NCBI GenBank assembly: GCA_045637985.1
Contig: JAZUAM010000003.1
Location: forward strand, 6,108-70,107
DNA: 64,000 nucleotides
Source of the DNA: Alphaproteobacteria bacterium
GTDB taxonomy: Bacteria; Pseudomonadota; Alphaproteobacteria; RF32; CAG-239
Direction of reading: 5' to 3'
Part shown: one piece after another, positions 54,868-64,000 of the stretch
Numbering within the stretch: the first letter of the stretch is position 1
How the letters are laid out: each line of letters opens with the position of its first letter
The notes under the pieces: model-generated
Database searches by the model: none
Seen by the model: the letters and a program-made list of their open reading frames with translations, nothing else
What the model was told of the DNA's origin: nothing
Position numbers and translations under genes: made by a program

Positions 54868-56118
54868 ATGAAAAAAATAGTAACTTTAACTGCCCTCGGT
54901 TTAATTTTGGCTGCTAACAGTGCCAATGCTGCCGGTTTTCATTTGAGAGAACAATCAGGTGCAGGTTTAGGTAATGCTTTTGCCGGTGCTACTGCCGGTG
55001 CTGAAGATATTTCTTATGCATATTTTAATGTTGCAGGTTTGACAAGACACAAAGGTACTCAGATGAATTTGGGTGCTACTTATATTGCTCCGGAAGCCAG
55101 AGCTCGTAAAATTGAAGGTAATGGTAGCGAAGACAATGTGGATAACATTGTGCATGCTGCAGTTGCTCCGAATATGGCTTTTTCTCATCAGTTGAATGAT
55201 GAAGTAACATTGGGTTTGGGTGTTAATGTTCCGTTTGGAATGGTTACCAAATATGATGACCGCAATTGGGCGGGAGCTGATCATGGTTTGACTTCAAAAG
55301 TTACTGCCGTTACGACTACTCCGATGGTAGCTTGGAAGGCTACAGACAAATTGTCTATCGGTGCCGGTTTGCCAATTCAATATTTTAAGGCTAAATTATC
55401 TCAGAGAACGAGTGAATATGGTTTAGGATATACAAAGCTTGAAGGAGATACGGTTGATGTTGGTTACCAAATAGGTGCAATGTATGAGTTTAATGAAAAT
55501 ACCCGTCTCGGTATCAACTATCGTAGCGAAATTAATCATAAGTTAAAAGGCGAGATTGAAAATAAAAAAGCAGTATCTATGGGGTCGACATTTTCTTTCT
55601 TGAACCAAGAAATTGATGCTCGTATTGATACTCCGGCGATGTTGTCGGTTGGTGCTTTCCATAAGATTAATGATAAGTGGGAAGTTATGGCTGAGTATCA
55701 AAAAGTTTTCTGGAATTCTTTTGATAGCATTGATGTTTATGGTCGTGAAAATGGTGGTCATCCTATCAAATATCAAGGTAGTAATTTGATTTCATCAACT
55801 CCGGAACATTGGGAAGATACTGATTTTTATGCAATCGGTGCAAGCTATAATGTTGATGATAAGTGGAAATTACGCTTTGGTTTGGCGTATGATGATTCTG
55901 CTGTTAGAAAAGATTATCGTACACCGCGTATTCCGGATTCTCGCCGTGTTTGGTACTCAACCGGTGCCAGCTATAAATATAGCGATAATTTGACCTTTAA
56001 TGCTGCTTATACCTTTATTAAGGCAGAAGAGGCTGAAATTGATTTAGGAAACGACCTTCACGCTGAATACAAAAACCAAGTTCATATATTTGGTTTGTCA
56101 ATGAACTATAGTTTCTAA
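54868..56118 (+). CDS. fadL: Outer-membrane long-chain fatty acid / hydrophobic compound transporter (FadL/OMPP1 family)
   Basis: Signal peptide, then AAGFHLREQSGAGLGNAFAGATA (FadL N-terminal hatch motif). It has a beta-barrel pattern and a C-terminal aromatic residue (F). Confidence 0.85.
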   Translation: MKKIVTLTALGLILAANSANAAGFHLREQSGAGLGNAFAGATAGAEDISYAYFNVAGLTRHKGTQMNLGATYIAPEARARKIEGNGSEDNVDNIVHAAVAPNMAFSHQLNDEVTLGLGVNVPFGMVTKYDDRNWAGADHGLTSKVTAVTTTPMVAWKATDKLSIGAGLPIQYFKAKLSQRTSEYGLGYTKLEGDTVDVGYQIGAMYEFNENTRLGINYRSEINHKLKGEIENKKAVSMGSTFSFLNQEIDARIDTPAMLSVGAFHKINDKWEVMAEYQKVFWNSFDSIDVYGRENGGHPIKYQGSNLISSTPEHWEDTDFYAIGASYNVDDKWKLRFGLAYDDSAVRKDYRTPRIPDSRRVWYSTGASYKYSDNLTFNAAYTFIKAEEAEIDLGNDLHAEYKNQVHIFGLSMNYSF

Positions 56119-56307
56119 GACAAGAGGAGATTCCAACGGTGGTTTTATAAAAAGCTCCTGTTTGGTGGTAATGCTCGTAAAAGAAGAATTTTAATGTTTG
56201 CGTCCTTATTAAAATGTTCTTCTTTTTCGGGCATTATTTTTTTTGTTTGCTTTTATGCTAAAAAAGTGATATTATGACGAAAAGTTGACAAAACAAGGAG
56301 CGCTTTG

Positions 56308-57009
56308 ATGATCCAAAATCAACTTAGAGATTCTCGTCCATGTATTGAGATTGAGGAAAAAATAGATAGATATGCCGAAAATACCAGAAATTGGCAAATA
56401 TCACGTAGTAATTATGTTAAACAATTCGGTAATAAGTTTGATTTTAGTGAACGTCATGATTATCCGTATGATGACAGAGCAGAGGCGTTGTTATTTAGAG
56501 ATGTTAACGGATATTTGTATGGATTGGATGAAAATGAAAGAGAATTGGCTAATGGTCGTCTTTTGTGGCATTACAAAAGTTATTTTGGGCATCCTTTTGA
56601 AAAACATTCCGTGAATTTGGTAGCTAATTCTGTGATGATACACCCGTTATCTGATGCAACAAAAATTCAGTTTTTGGAATATTTGTTTAAGGTTGATAAA
56701 CAAGATTTGTTTGATGATAAAATCTTGTATAAGTTATCTAATTATAATCCTAATGCTAATATGGAAGCTACTAATCGTTTGTATAACAAAGCTTTGTTAT
56801 ATTTTGACGGGGCGGCGCGGAAAAATGACAAGAAAATTGCTACAATTTTTGGGATGTTTAGAGAATTTTCTCGTAATGTCAAAAGTATATCTCCGGAAGC
56901 AGTAGTCAGTTACGCCCAGATTTATTTTAAATTAGCCGATAGAACGGATCGTGCGTTAGATGCTGCAATATTAAAAGATTTTGCAATAAAAACACCCGAT
57001 GCTTTGTAG
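56308..57009 (+). CDS. Hypothetical soluble protein (233 aa)
   Basis: ATG 56308 is 7 nt after an AAGGAG RBS. No signal peptide, TM helix or known motif. Confidence 0.5.
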   Translation: MIQNQLRDSRPCIEIEEKIDRYAENTRNWQISRSNYVKQFGNKFDFSERHDYPYDDRAEALLFRDVNGYLYGLDENERELANGRLLWHYKSYFGHPFEKHSVNLVANSVMIHPLSDATKIQFLEYLFKVDKQDLFDDKILYKLSNYNPNANMEATNRLYNKALLYFDGAARKNDKKIATIFGMFREFSRNVKSISPEAVVSYAQIYFKLADRTDRALDAAILKDFAIKTPDAL

Positions 57010-57054
57010 CGAAAAGATGATTGTAAAGATCCCAGTGTTATAGATAAAGAAACA

Positions 57055-57909
57055 ATGAAAAGTGTATTTGGTGCGTATGCTGATTATGTAACTTCGCGTT
57101 CGACATATAATCAAGTATTGGCTGAACAAATGGAAAAATTGGCTAGAAATGTGATATCTTCATATCAATATAATTTGCACGATGCATTGGATTTGGTAAA
57201 AGCTTTAAAACCGGCAGATAAAGATGAGAACGGAAAGAAAATAAAATCAAATGGCAGAAGAACAGCTTTGAATGAGATGTGTGATAGATTGGAAGACTTT
57301 GTTGAAACAAGTAATTTCAGATTGGAAAATCCTTTGAAACATGTAGATATGAATAATCCGTCAACAGCTGTATCCGATGATGAAGTTGTAAGATATGCAG
57401 GATTTTTGTTTGATAAGGCTAAAAAGAATCAAAATATTGAAATCAGAATGGCTGATTTATATGGTTTGTTGACACGTTCGGGAAGTATGAACAAACAGCT
57501 TTTGTCGGATGTTGTGGAGGTTTATGGAGAAACATATACTGCTGACGAAATGAATAATTCGCAATATAATGCTTTGTTTCATGATAAAATGACTAAAATG
57601 TTGCAACATGTGGTAACCGAGTATGATTATACGGATAATGAAGTCAGTGATTTAACTCATCGTATATCAAAAGGGGCTGAAGGAACTTATGAGATTGCAA
57701 TTAATGATAGTGAAAGAGATATGGAAGAATATGGTGTTGAAGCTGCTTACAGCGAAAAGCGCGGACATGAAATTTTTCGAAATATGGCAATGATTGTAAG
57801 AAATACCTATGCTCCGGTTCATGATAGAGAAGACAGATATAAAAGTTCGGATTCCAAAACTATATCTCCGATAGTTTTGAGGAAGATTTCCGGTGGAAAT
57901 ACTAAATAA
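57055..57909 (+). CDS. Hypothetical soluble helical protein (284 aa)
   Basis: ORF on the same strand, 45 nt after the previous one. No signal peptide or TM helix and no known motif. It abuts the uvrA stop with zero spacer. Confidence 0.5.
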   Translation: MKSVFGAYADYVTSRSTYNQVLAEQMEKLARNVISSYQYNLHDALDLVKALKPADKDENGKKIKSNGRRTALNEMCDRLEDFVETSNFRLENPLKHVDMNNPSTAVSDDEVVRYAGFLFDKAKKNQNIEIRMADLYGLLTRSGSMNKQLLSDVVEVYGETYTADEMNNSQYNALFHDKMTKMLQHVVTEYDYTDNEVSDLTHRISKGAEGTYEIAINDSERDMEEYGVEAAYSEKRGHEIFRNMAMIVRNTYAPVHDREDRYKSSDSKTISPIVLRKISGGNTK

Positions 57910-60717
57910 CTAAATTTTATCTCTTAAAAATTTTGCAGTGTGGCTGATTTCGGATTTTGCTACTTGTTCCGGAGTACCTTGAGCAATAATTTTTCCGCCG
58001 CCATCGCCACCTTCGGGACCGATGTCGATAATGTAATCAGCTGTTTTAATGACATCCAAATTGTGTTCAATTACAATCAATGAATTGCCTTGCTCGACAA
58101 GGGAATGCAAAATTTTGAGTAATTTGTTGATATCTTCAAAATGAAGTCCGGTTGTGGGTTCATCCAAAATGTATAAAGTTTTGCCTGTAGCGCGTTTAGA
58201 AAGTTCTTTTGATAACTTTATACGTTGTGCTTCGCCGCCGGAAAGAGTTGTTGCAGGTTGACCGAGTTTGATATATCCCAATCCGACACGACGAAGTAAG
58301 TCTAATTTGTTTTTGATTGAGGGGATGTTTTCAAAGAAACTATAAGCTTCATCAATCGTCATATCCAAGACGTCGGCGATTGATTTGTCTTTGTATTTTA
58401 CTTCCAATGTTTCACGGTTAAAACGAGTTCCTTTGCAAACGTCGCATTCAACATAAATATCAGGTAAAAAGTGCATTTCAATTTTGGTTACACCGTCGCC
58501 TTTGCAAGCTTCACATCTGCCTCCGGCAACATTAAAAGAAAAACGTCCTGCATTATAGCCTCGTGCTTTGGCTTCAGGAAGACCGGCAAACCAATCGCGA
58601 ATGTTAGTAAATACACCGGTGTAGGTGGCCGGATTAGAGCGAGGAGTACGACCAATCGGCGATTGATCGATGTTAATTATTTTATCAATGTTTTCAGCTC
58701 CGGTCAGTTTGTCATAAATTCCGGTCGGGTTTCTTGAGCCGTTAATTTCTTTTTCTAATGTATTACACAAAGTTTCAAGGATAAGCGATGATTTTCCGGA
58801 TCCGGATACACCGGTAATACAAGTTAGGGTTCCGAGAGGTATTTTGACATCAATATTTTTCAAATTATTAGTTCTAACACCTTTGAGACCGATATATTTA
58901 CCATTGCCTTTGCGTCGAGTTGTCGGAACCTCTATTTTTTTGATACCATTCAGATATTGAGCGGTTAAACTGTCTGATTTCAATATATCTTTAATAGATC
59001 CGGAGGCCATAATTTTACCGCCATCGGCACCGGCTTTGGGACCGATATCGATAATAAAATCGGCTGTTCGGATAGCATCTTCATCGTGTTCAACCACAAT
59101 TACGCTATTGCCGATATCACGAAGTCGGGTTAATGTTTCTAATAATTTGGTATTATCTCGTTGATGAAGACCGATTGAAGGTTCATCTAAGACATATAAA
59201 ACTCCGGTTAATCCTGTACCTATCTGGCTTGCAAGTCGAATACGTTGAGCTTCGCCACCGGAAAGAGAACCGGATTGACGTGAAAGAGTTAAATATTCAA
59301 GTCCTACATTATTTAGAAAACTCAAACGTTCACAAATTTCTTTGATTATTTTAGTGGCGATTTCTTGTTTTTTGGGAGTGAGAGTCGGTAAAATTCCACC
59401 AAACCAGACAAGAGCTTGTTTGATTGACATTTCGGAGGCATCCATAATATCAATTCCACCGATTTTTACTGCTAACGCTTCAGGCTTTAAGCGTTTGCCG
59501 GAGCAAAATTCGCAAGGAGCAGCGGATTGATAACGAGACAGTTCTTCTCTGGTTTCCGGTGAATCTGTTTCTAAAAAGCGACGTTCCATATTGGGAATCA
59601 CCCCTTCAAACGGTTTGTAAGTTTGAAAATGAGGGAACTGCATGGGTATAGGTTCATTGCCGGAACCGTATAAAATTGTGTTTTTGGCATATTGAGGAAG
59701 GTCTTTCCATGGGGTGTCTTCTGATATATTCAGATAGCGGCACAATGAATTAAGAGCATCGGTAAAAAATCCGTGGCGACGATTATACCAAGGAAGGACA
59801 ACGCCTTGTTTAATTGATAAATTAGTATTGGGAACAACAAGAAGAGGATCCATATAAAGTTTGGCTCCGATACCGTCGCAGTGTGGGCAAGCTCCGTGAG
59901 GATTGTTAAATGAAAACAAACGTGGCTCAATTTCTTCGATAGTAAAACCGGAAACAGGACAAGCAAATTTGGAGGAAAAAGTTGTTTGTTTACCTGATGT
60001 CATATCGGTTACAAAAACAAGACCATCGCTGAGTTTGAGAGCTGTTTCAAATGATTGGCTCAGACGTTCGGTAATTCCTTCTTTAACAATGATACGATCA
60101 ACCACTACTTCGATATCATGTTTTTGATTTTTGTTTAAAGAGGGAGTTTCTTCCAAATCATAAATTTCGCCATCAATCTTAACTCTTTGATATCCTTGCT
60201 TTTGTAAGTTTTCCAGTTCTTTTTTGTATTCGCCTTTTTTTCCTCTCACAATTGGTGCTAATATCATGAGCTTACTTCCTTCCGGTAGCTCTAATATCTT
60301 ATCGACCATTTGAGATACAGTTTGGCTTTCAATTGGAAGTCCTGTTGCCGGAGAATAGGGGGTCCCGACACGAGCCCACAAGAGACGCATATAATCATAA
60401 ATTTCGGTAACAGTGCCGACAGTTGAACGCGGATTGTGAGATGTTGTTTTTTGTTCAATAGATATGGCAGGGCTTAAACCGTCAATAGAATCAACGTCGG
60501 GTTTTTTCATTAAATCCAGAAATTGGCGAGCATAAGAAGATAAACTTTCAACATAACGTCGCTGACCTTCGGCATAAATTGTGTCGAAAGCCAGTGATGA
60601 TTTACCGGAACCGGAAAGACCGGTTATAACAGTCAGTTTGTTTTTAGGTATGTTTATATCCACATTTTTGAGGTTGTGTTCCCTTGCGCCTTTAATTTCG
60701 ATAAAATCAATAGCCAT
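57910..60717 (-). CDS. uvrA: Excinuclease ABC subunit A
   Basis: [60 protein letters not shown]. There are two ABC modules, zinc fingers CPHCDG and CEACKGDG, and it is 935 aa. Confidence 0.98.
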   Translation of the reverse strand: MAIDFIEIKGAREHNLKNVDINIPKNKLTVITGLSGSGKSSLAFDTIYAEGQRRYVESLSSYARQFLDLMKKPDVDSIDGLSPAISIEQKTTSHNPRSTVGTVTEIYDYMRLLWARVGTPYSPATGLPIESQTVSQMVDKILELPEGSKLMILAPIVRGKKGEYKKELENLQKQGYQRVKIDGEIYDLEETPSLNKNQKHDIEVVVDRIIVKEGITERLSQSFETALKLSDGLVFVTDMTSGKQTTFSSKFACPVSGFTIEEIEPRLFSFNNPHGACPHCDGIGAKLYMDPLLVVPNTNLSIKQGVVLPWYNRRHGFFTDALNSLCRYLNISEDTPWKDLPQYAKNTILYGSGNEPIPMQFPHFQTYKPFEGVIPNMERRFLETDSPETREELSRYQSAAPCEFCSGKRLKPEALAVKIGGIDIMDASEMSIKQALVWFGGILPTLTPKKQEIATKIIKEICERLSFLNNVGLEYLTLSRQSGSLSGGEAQRIRLASQIGTGLTGVLYVLDEPSIGLHQRDNTKLLETLTRLRDIGNSVIVVEHDEDAIRTADFIIDIGPKAGADGGKIMASGSIKDILKSDSLTAQYLNGIKKIEVPTTRRKGNGKYIGLKGVRTNNLKNIDVKIPLGTLTCITGVSGSGKSSLILETLCNTLEKEINGSRNPTGIYDKLTGAENIDKIINIDQSPIGRTPRSNPATYTGVFTNIRDWFAGLPEAKARGYNAGRFSFNVAGGRCEACKGDGVTKIEMHFLPDIYVECDVCKGTRFNRETLEVKYKDKSIADVLDMTIDEAYSFFENIPSIKNKLDLLRRVGLGYIKLGQPATTLSGGEAQRIKLSKELSKRATGKTLYILDEPTTGLHFEDINKLLKILHSLVEQGNSLIVIEHNLDVIKTADYIIDIGPEGGDGGGKIIAQGTPEQVAKSEISHTAKFLRDKI

Positions 60718-60771
60718 ATTATTTCTCCTTATGCGAAGTATAATATATGATTATAAAATATGAATGGCAAT

Positions 60772-60803
60772 AAAAAACCGCAAAACAGTTTGATGTTTTG
60801 CGG
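60772..60803 (-). terminator. Intrinsic terminator of the 169-aa hypothetical gene
   Basis: CCGCAAAACA-GTTTGAT-GTTTTGCGG followed by T6 on the minus strand. Confidence 0.75.
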
Positions 60804-60821
60804 GAAAATGAATTTCATTTT

Positions 60822-61331
60822 TTACCTGGCAGAGGTTACTGTGCCATTGATGAATTGTGCGTAATGAGTTGTTTCATCTGCAACGATGCGGTATATAACG
60901 GCATCGGCTGTTTCAATTACCAGAACGGAACAATCGTTTCCAACAAAACCTGTTGTTCCGTCAACAACGCCGACACGGACAGGTTTGCCGGGGGCAAAAG
61001 TAAATTCTTCACCGGTAGGCATAATCAGTACGGCCGGTTTTTCGTCGTAAATGAATTGTATTCTATCATTCTTTTTTTCAATTTTTGTTCCGGCAATCAT
61101 ACTGATAAAAGTAGGATATTGCGGGGTCATAAAGAAAGGAAGGATACATTCTTCACCATCTTCAGTTGTGAGCAACCATTCGGTTGATGAAATGTATTCA
61201 TTTCCGGTAAAACCGATGTTTATAATTACTTCTGCATTCTTGATAGTTTGTCCTATCATTGATTTAGCGCAATTCATAACTTGTCTTACCTCATTGTAAT
61301 AAGGTAAAAAGTAAGTTGTTTTCTTTTTCAT
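60822..61331 (-). CDS. Hypothetical protein (169 aa), beta-rich
   Basis: ORF with its own terminator. No signal peptide and no known motif. Confidence 0.45.
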   Translation of the reverse strand: MKKKTTYFLPYYNEVRQVMNCAKSMIGQTIKNAEVIINIGFTGNEYISSTEWLLTTEDGEECILPFFMTPQYPTFISMIAGTKIEKKNDRIQFIYDEKPAVLIMPTGEEFTFAPGKPVRVGVVDGTTGFVGNDCSVLVIETADAVIYRIVADETTHYAQFINGTVTSAR

Positions 61332-61475
61332 ATATAATTTGTTTATTGTAATTTAATCTTGACTATTATTGTTTTTATGGAAAATTTTGTCAACACAAAA
61401 ATGATGTAATGTATAAAAAACTTGCAAAGTTATAAAAAAATAATATTATGCGTGCAGTTTTTTAATAAAATATTG

Positions 61476-62591
61476 ATGCTTATGTTTAATCGCTTTTTTA
61501 AAATATTTGTTTTTTTGTTGGTAATGCGGGTGATGGTTGTTGAAGCGGCAAATGTTGCCGTGATTGCGCCTAAAGAAGGTCCGATGGCAAAATATGGATT
61601 GGAGCTGATTGCCGGTGTGCAAACGGCTGTTGATATGGTAAATGAAGAAGGCGGTATTAATGGTGAAAAAATAAATCTTATTGCGATTGACGATCGATGT
61701 GAAGATACATTTGCAGTTTCTGCCGCACAAATGATGTCGCTTAATTCGTCAGCTAATGATAAGATAAATATGGTTATAGGTCCGTATTGTAATAATATGT
61801 TTTATAACATCTCAGATATTTATTCTAAAGGGAAAATTATACGTTTTGTGCCGATGCCTCTGAATGCTAAGCAACATAGTTTTTATGCTAAAGGAATGAT
61901 TAAAGTTATGGGACGTGTCAGCGATGAGGCTGAAACATTTTTTGATTTTTATAAAAATAAAATGATAACAAATAAGCTTGCAATGGTTTATGATTCTGCA
62001 ATGCCGGAAACTACGGAAACGGCATTTGAACTTCAGCAGGTGTTCAGAGAAAACAATATTTCTAATTTGACATTGTTTAATTTGGCAGATTATAACAAAA
62101 ATTTTTCACAAATGGCGCAAGAAATTTTGCTTAATAATCAAATTGTTTATGTATTGGGAAATTATGAAAAAACAGCAAGATTAGTTCAGCGTTTGCAAGA
62201 AGAAAAAGAAGATGTTGTTATTTTTGTTGATGAATATTTGGCAACGGAACATTTGTTTAATGAATTGGGCAATTTTGCGGAAGGTGTTTATGTTATTACT
62301 TTGAAAGATCTTAAAAACAATCCTGAATTTACCGAAGAATTGGTTGCGTTAAGATTAAAAGGAAAAGAGCCTAAAAGACTTGGTGTATATGGATATGTTA
62401 TGTTTAGATTATGGGAAGATATGGCAAGGCAGGCAAAAAGTGTTGAATTTGATAAAATTATAAATGTTCAAAAGAAAAAAAACTTTACTCTTCCGTGGGG
62501 AAATATTGATTGGCAAAAAAATATTGTCGAAATTAATAACGGATATAATATTTATCAAATAAAAAATAGCGAATATGTGCAAGTAAATTGA
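61476..62591 (+). CDS. Periplasmic substrate-binding protein (LivJ/Peripla_BP_6-like), orphan
   Basis: Signal peptide, then VAVIAPKEGPMAKYGLELIAGVQTAVDMVNEEGGINGEKINLIAIDDRCE. This is typical of branched-chain amino acid type SBPs. There are no adjacent permease or ATPase genes. The start is trimmed to an internal ATG. Confidence 0.6.
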   Translation: MLMFNRFFKIFVFLLVMRVMVVEAANVAVIAPKEGPMAKYGLELIAGVQTAVDMVNEEGGINGEKINLIAIDDRCEDTFAVSAAQMMSLNSSANDKINMVIGPYCNNMFYNISDIYSKGKIIRFVPMPLNAKQHSFYAKGMIKVMGRVSDEAETFFDFYKNKMITNKLAMVYDSAMPETTETAFELQQVFRENNISNLTLFNLADYNKNFSQMAQEILLNNQIVYVLGNYEKTARLVQRLQEEKEDVVIFVDEYLATEHLFNELGNFAEGVYVITLKDLKNNPEFTEELVALRLKGKEPKRLGVYGYVMFRLWEDMARQAKSVEFDKIINVQKKKNFTLPWGNIDWQKNIVEINNGYNIYQIKNSEYVQVN

Positions 62592-62668
62592 TTTTTTATT
62601 TTGCTATTTATTAAAATATAAATTATAGTCGTTCCAGTTTTAATTTTTAATATTGTAAGGTAAGTAAT

Positions 62669-63130
62669 ATGGTAGGAAGTATCAATAAAGTTATTTTAGT
62701 CGGTAATTTGGGAGCAGATCCAAAGGTTAGTAACACATCAAACGGAGCAAAAATAGTTAATTTGAACGTTGCGACGTCAGAATCGTGGAAAGATAAGGCC
62801 AGCGGTGAGCGTAAAGAACGAACAGAATGGCACAGAGTGGTTATTTTTAATTCGGCTTTGGCTGATGTTGCCGAAAGATATTTGCGTAAGGGTTCTAAGG
62901 TGTATCTTGAAGGACAGTTGCAAACCCGCAGATGGGAAGATAATAACGGTCAGGAAAGATATACAACAGAAGTTGTTTTGCAGAATTTTAACGGAAATAT
63001 GGTGTTGCTTGATGGACGTGGAGATGGCGCTCCGGCAGGAGGTAATGATGTTTTTGCTACATCAGATTCCGGTTGGGATTCTACTCCGGCAGCACCGGTT
63101 GCTAATTTGGATGACGATATTCCTTTTTAG
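62669..63130 (+). CDS. ssb: Single-stranded DNA-binding protein
   Basis: [16 protein letters not shown]...TEWHRVVIF...[17 protein letters not shown]...C-terminal DDDIPF tip. Confidence 0.95.
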   Translation: MVGSINKVILVGNLGADPKVSNTSNGAKIVNLNVATSESWKDKASGERKERTEWHRVVIFNSALADVAERYLRKGSKVYLEGQLQTRRWEDNNGQERYTTEVVLQNFNGNMVLLDGRGDGAPAGGNDVFATSDSGWDSTPAAPVANLDDDIPF

Positions 63131-63153
63131 TTTTAACAATCATATATAGAAAA

Positions 63154-63187
63154 ACAGCCTTCTTAAAAAAAGAAGGCTGTTTTTTTT
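63154..63187 (+). terminator. Intrinsic terminator of ssb
   Basis: ACAGCCTTCT-TAAAAAA-AGAAGGCTGT followed by T7. Confidence 0.85.
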
Positions 63188-63284
63188 GTGTATTTAAAAA
63201 ATGGCACGAGTTTTGCATATGTATTGACAACGAATTAAATTATCCAAAACTATTGGGGAATAGTTTTTATTTAGGGGAGATTTT

Positions 63285-64000
63285 ATGGATAATACATCAT
63301 ATATAGCATTATCGCGTCAGATGGCTCTTTGGAAACAGATGAATATTGTTTCTAATAATATGGCTAATATGAATACATCCGGATATAAACAGGATAATGC
63401 TCTTTTTACAACATATATAAATCAGACAAAGGATGCTGTAGGTATTGCATCCGAGCCATTGTTTTTTACTCAAGATTTTGCAGATTTTCAAAATTTTAAT
63501 GAAGGTGCTTTCAAAGAAACCGGAAATACATTTGATTTGGCAATCAAAGGCAATGGTTTCTTTTGTATTGAAACAGCAGATGGAGAAAAATATACCCGTA
63601 AAGGACAATTTACTCTCAATGAGGATGGTGCATTGGCTACTACGGCCGGTGAATTGGTTTTGAGCGAAAATAATACGCCATTGTTTTTTGCTCCGGGTGA
63701 GACAGAAATTACGATTTCAGAAAGCGGTGATGTTATTACCGAAAACGGCATTATCGGTAAATTGAAAATTGCAAAATTTGCCGATAATCAAAAATTATTA
63801 AAACTAAATGGTGTTTTGTTTGAAAATGTAGAAGGAAACGCAGTCAGTTATGGTGTTGATAATGTCAGAATAGCACAAGGAATGATTGAATCGTCTAATG
63901 TTAATGCCATTACCGAAATGACTAATTTGGTTCAAATACAACGCAGTTATGAATATGTTCAGCAGATGATTGATGAGGAACATGATCGTTTATCAAATAC
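63285..64000 (+). CDS. flgF: Flagellar basal-body rod protein FlgF (3' end outside window)
   Basis: Hand translation from ATG 63285 (AGGGGAGA RBS) gives MDNTSYIALSRQMALWKQMNIVSNNMANMNTSGYKQD...IESSNVNAITEMTNLVQIQRSYEYVQQMIDEE. The N- and C-terminal rod-protein motifs are present. The ORF is open to the window end, so it is absent from the ORF track. Confidence 0.8.
   Translation, partial: MDNTSYIALSRQMALWKQMNIVSNNMANMNTSGYKQDNALFTTYINQTKDAVGIASEPLFFTQDFADFQNFNEGAFKETGNTFDLAIKGNGFFCIETADGEKYTRKGQFTLNEDGALATTAGELVLSENNTPLFFAPGETEITISESGDVITENGIIGKLKIAKFADNQKLLKLNGVLFENVEGNAVSYGVDNVRIAQGMIESSNVNAITEMTNLVQIQRSYEYVQQMIDEEHDRLSN

Noticed and set aside
60718-60821. SOS (LexA) boxes upstream of uvrA, ssb (62592-62668) and recX
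   Set aside because: No GTTC-N7-GTTC or GAAC-N7-GAAC direct repeat, and no CTGT-N8-ACAG palindrome, was found by eye in these upstream regions.

Overview
This 64-kb chromosomal window is AT-rich by eye (composition not computed) and comes from a Gram-negative bacterium. An alphaproteobacterium-like lineage is suggested by an MJ0042 zinc-ribbon/DUF3426-type gene beside ftsEX, CdnL, ApaG, a DUF2125-like gene, hslVU and flgF. This placement is an inference, with no search run. pta-ackA and a HydE-type radical-SAM maturase point to a fermentative, anaerobic lifestyle. Most of the window is tightly packed housekeeping: rsmD, plsC, ftsEX, ispA-xseB, rnd, aspS, ddl, glmM, cdnL, apaG, hslO, recX, hemW-hslUV, yifB/comM, rpsF-rpsR-rplI, ndk, pta-ackA, recJ, hydE, aas, rpsU, fadL, uvrA, ssb, flgF and one tRNA-Thr(UGU). 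No rRNA, CRISPR array, transposase, integrase or recognisable defence system was seen. The unusual content is local.

- **Insertion-like cassette:** a 3.3-kb segment between ackA and a DUF192 gene is bounded by a duplicated 38-nt terminator hairpin. It carries an 876-aa cysteine-rich secreted protein plus degenerate palindromic repeat debris.
- **Second cysteine-rich protein:** a 575-aa secreted protein has a reiterated C-x-[DE]-x-G-[YF]...C...CP module.
- **tRNA-Thr locus:** it has an 83-bp att-like direct duplication (tRNA 3' end plus terminator) and an inverted T-arm fragment, next to three tiny membrane-protein genes.
- **Pseudoprotease:** a 690-aa lipoprotein has a C-terminal trypsin-like domain in which all three catalytic residues appear to be substituted.
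- **Panacea/DUF4065-like gene:** it sits directly upstream of a DUF192 lipoprotein that carries 39-bp coding tandem repeats.
- **Orphan modules:** several gene pairs have no recognisable family.

All family assignments come from motif recognition by eye. No database search or HMM was run.
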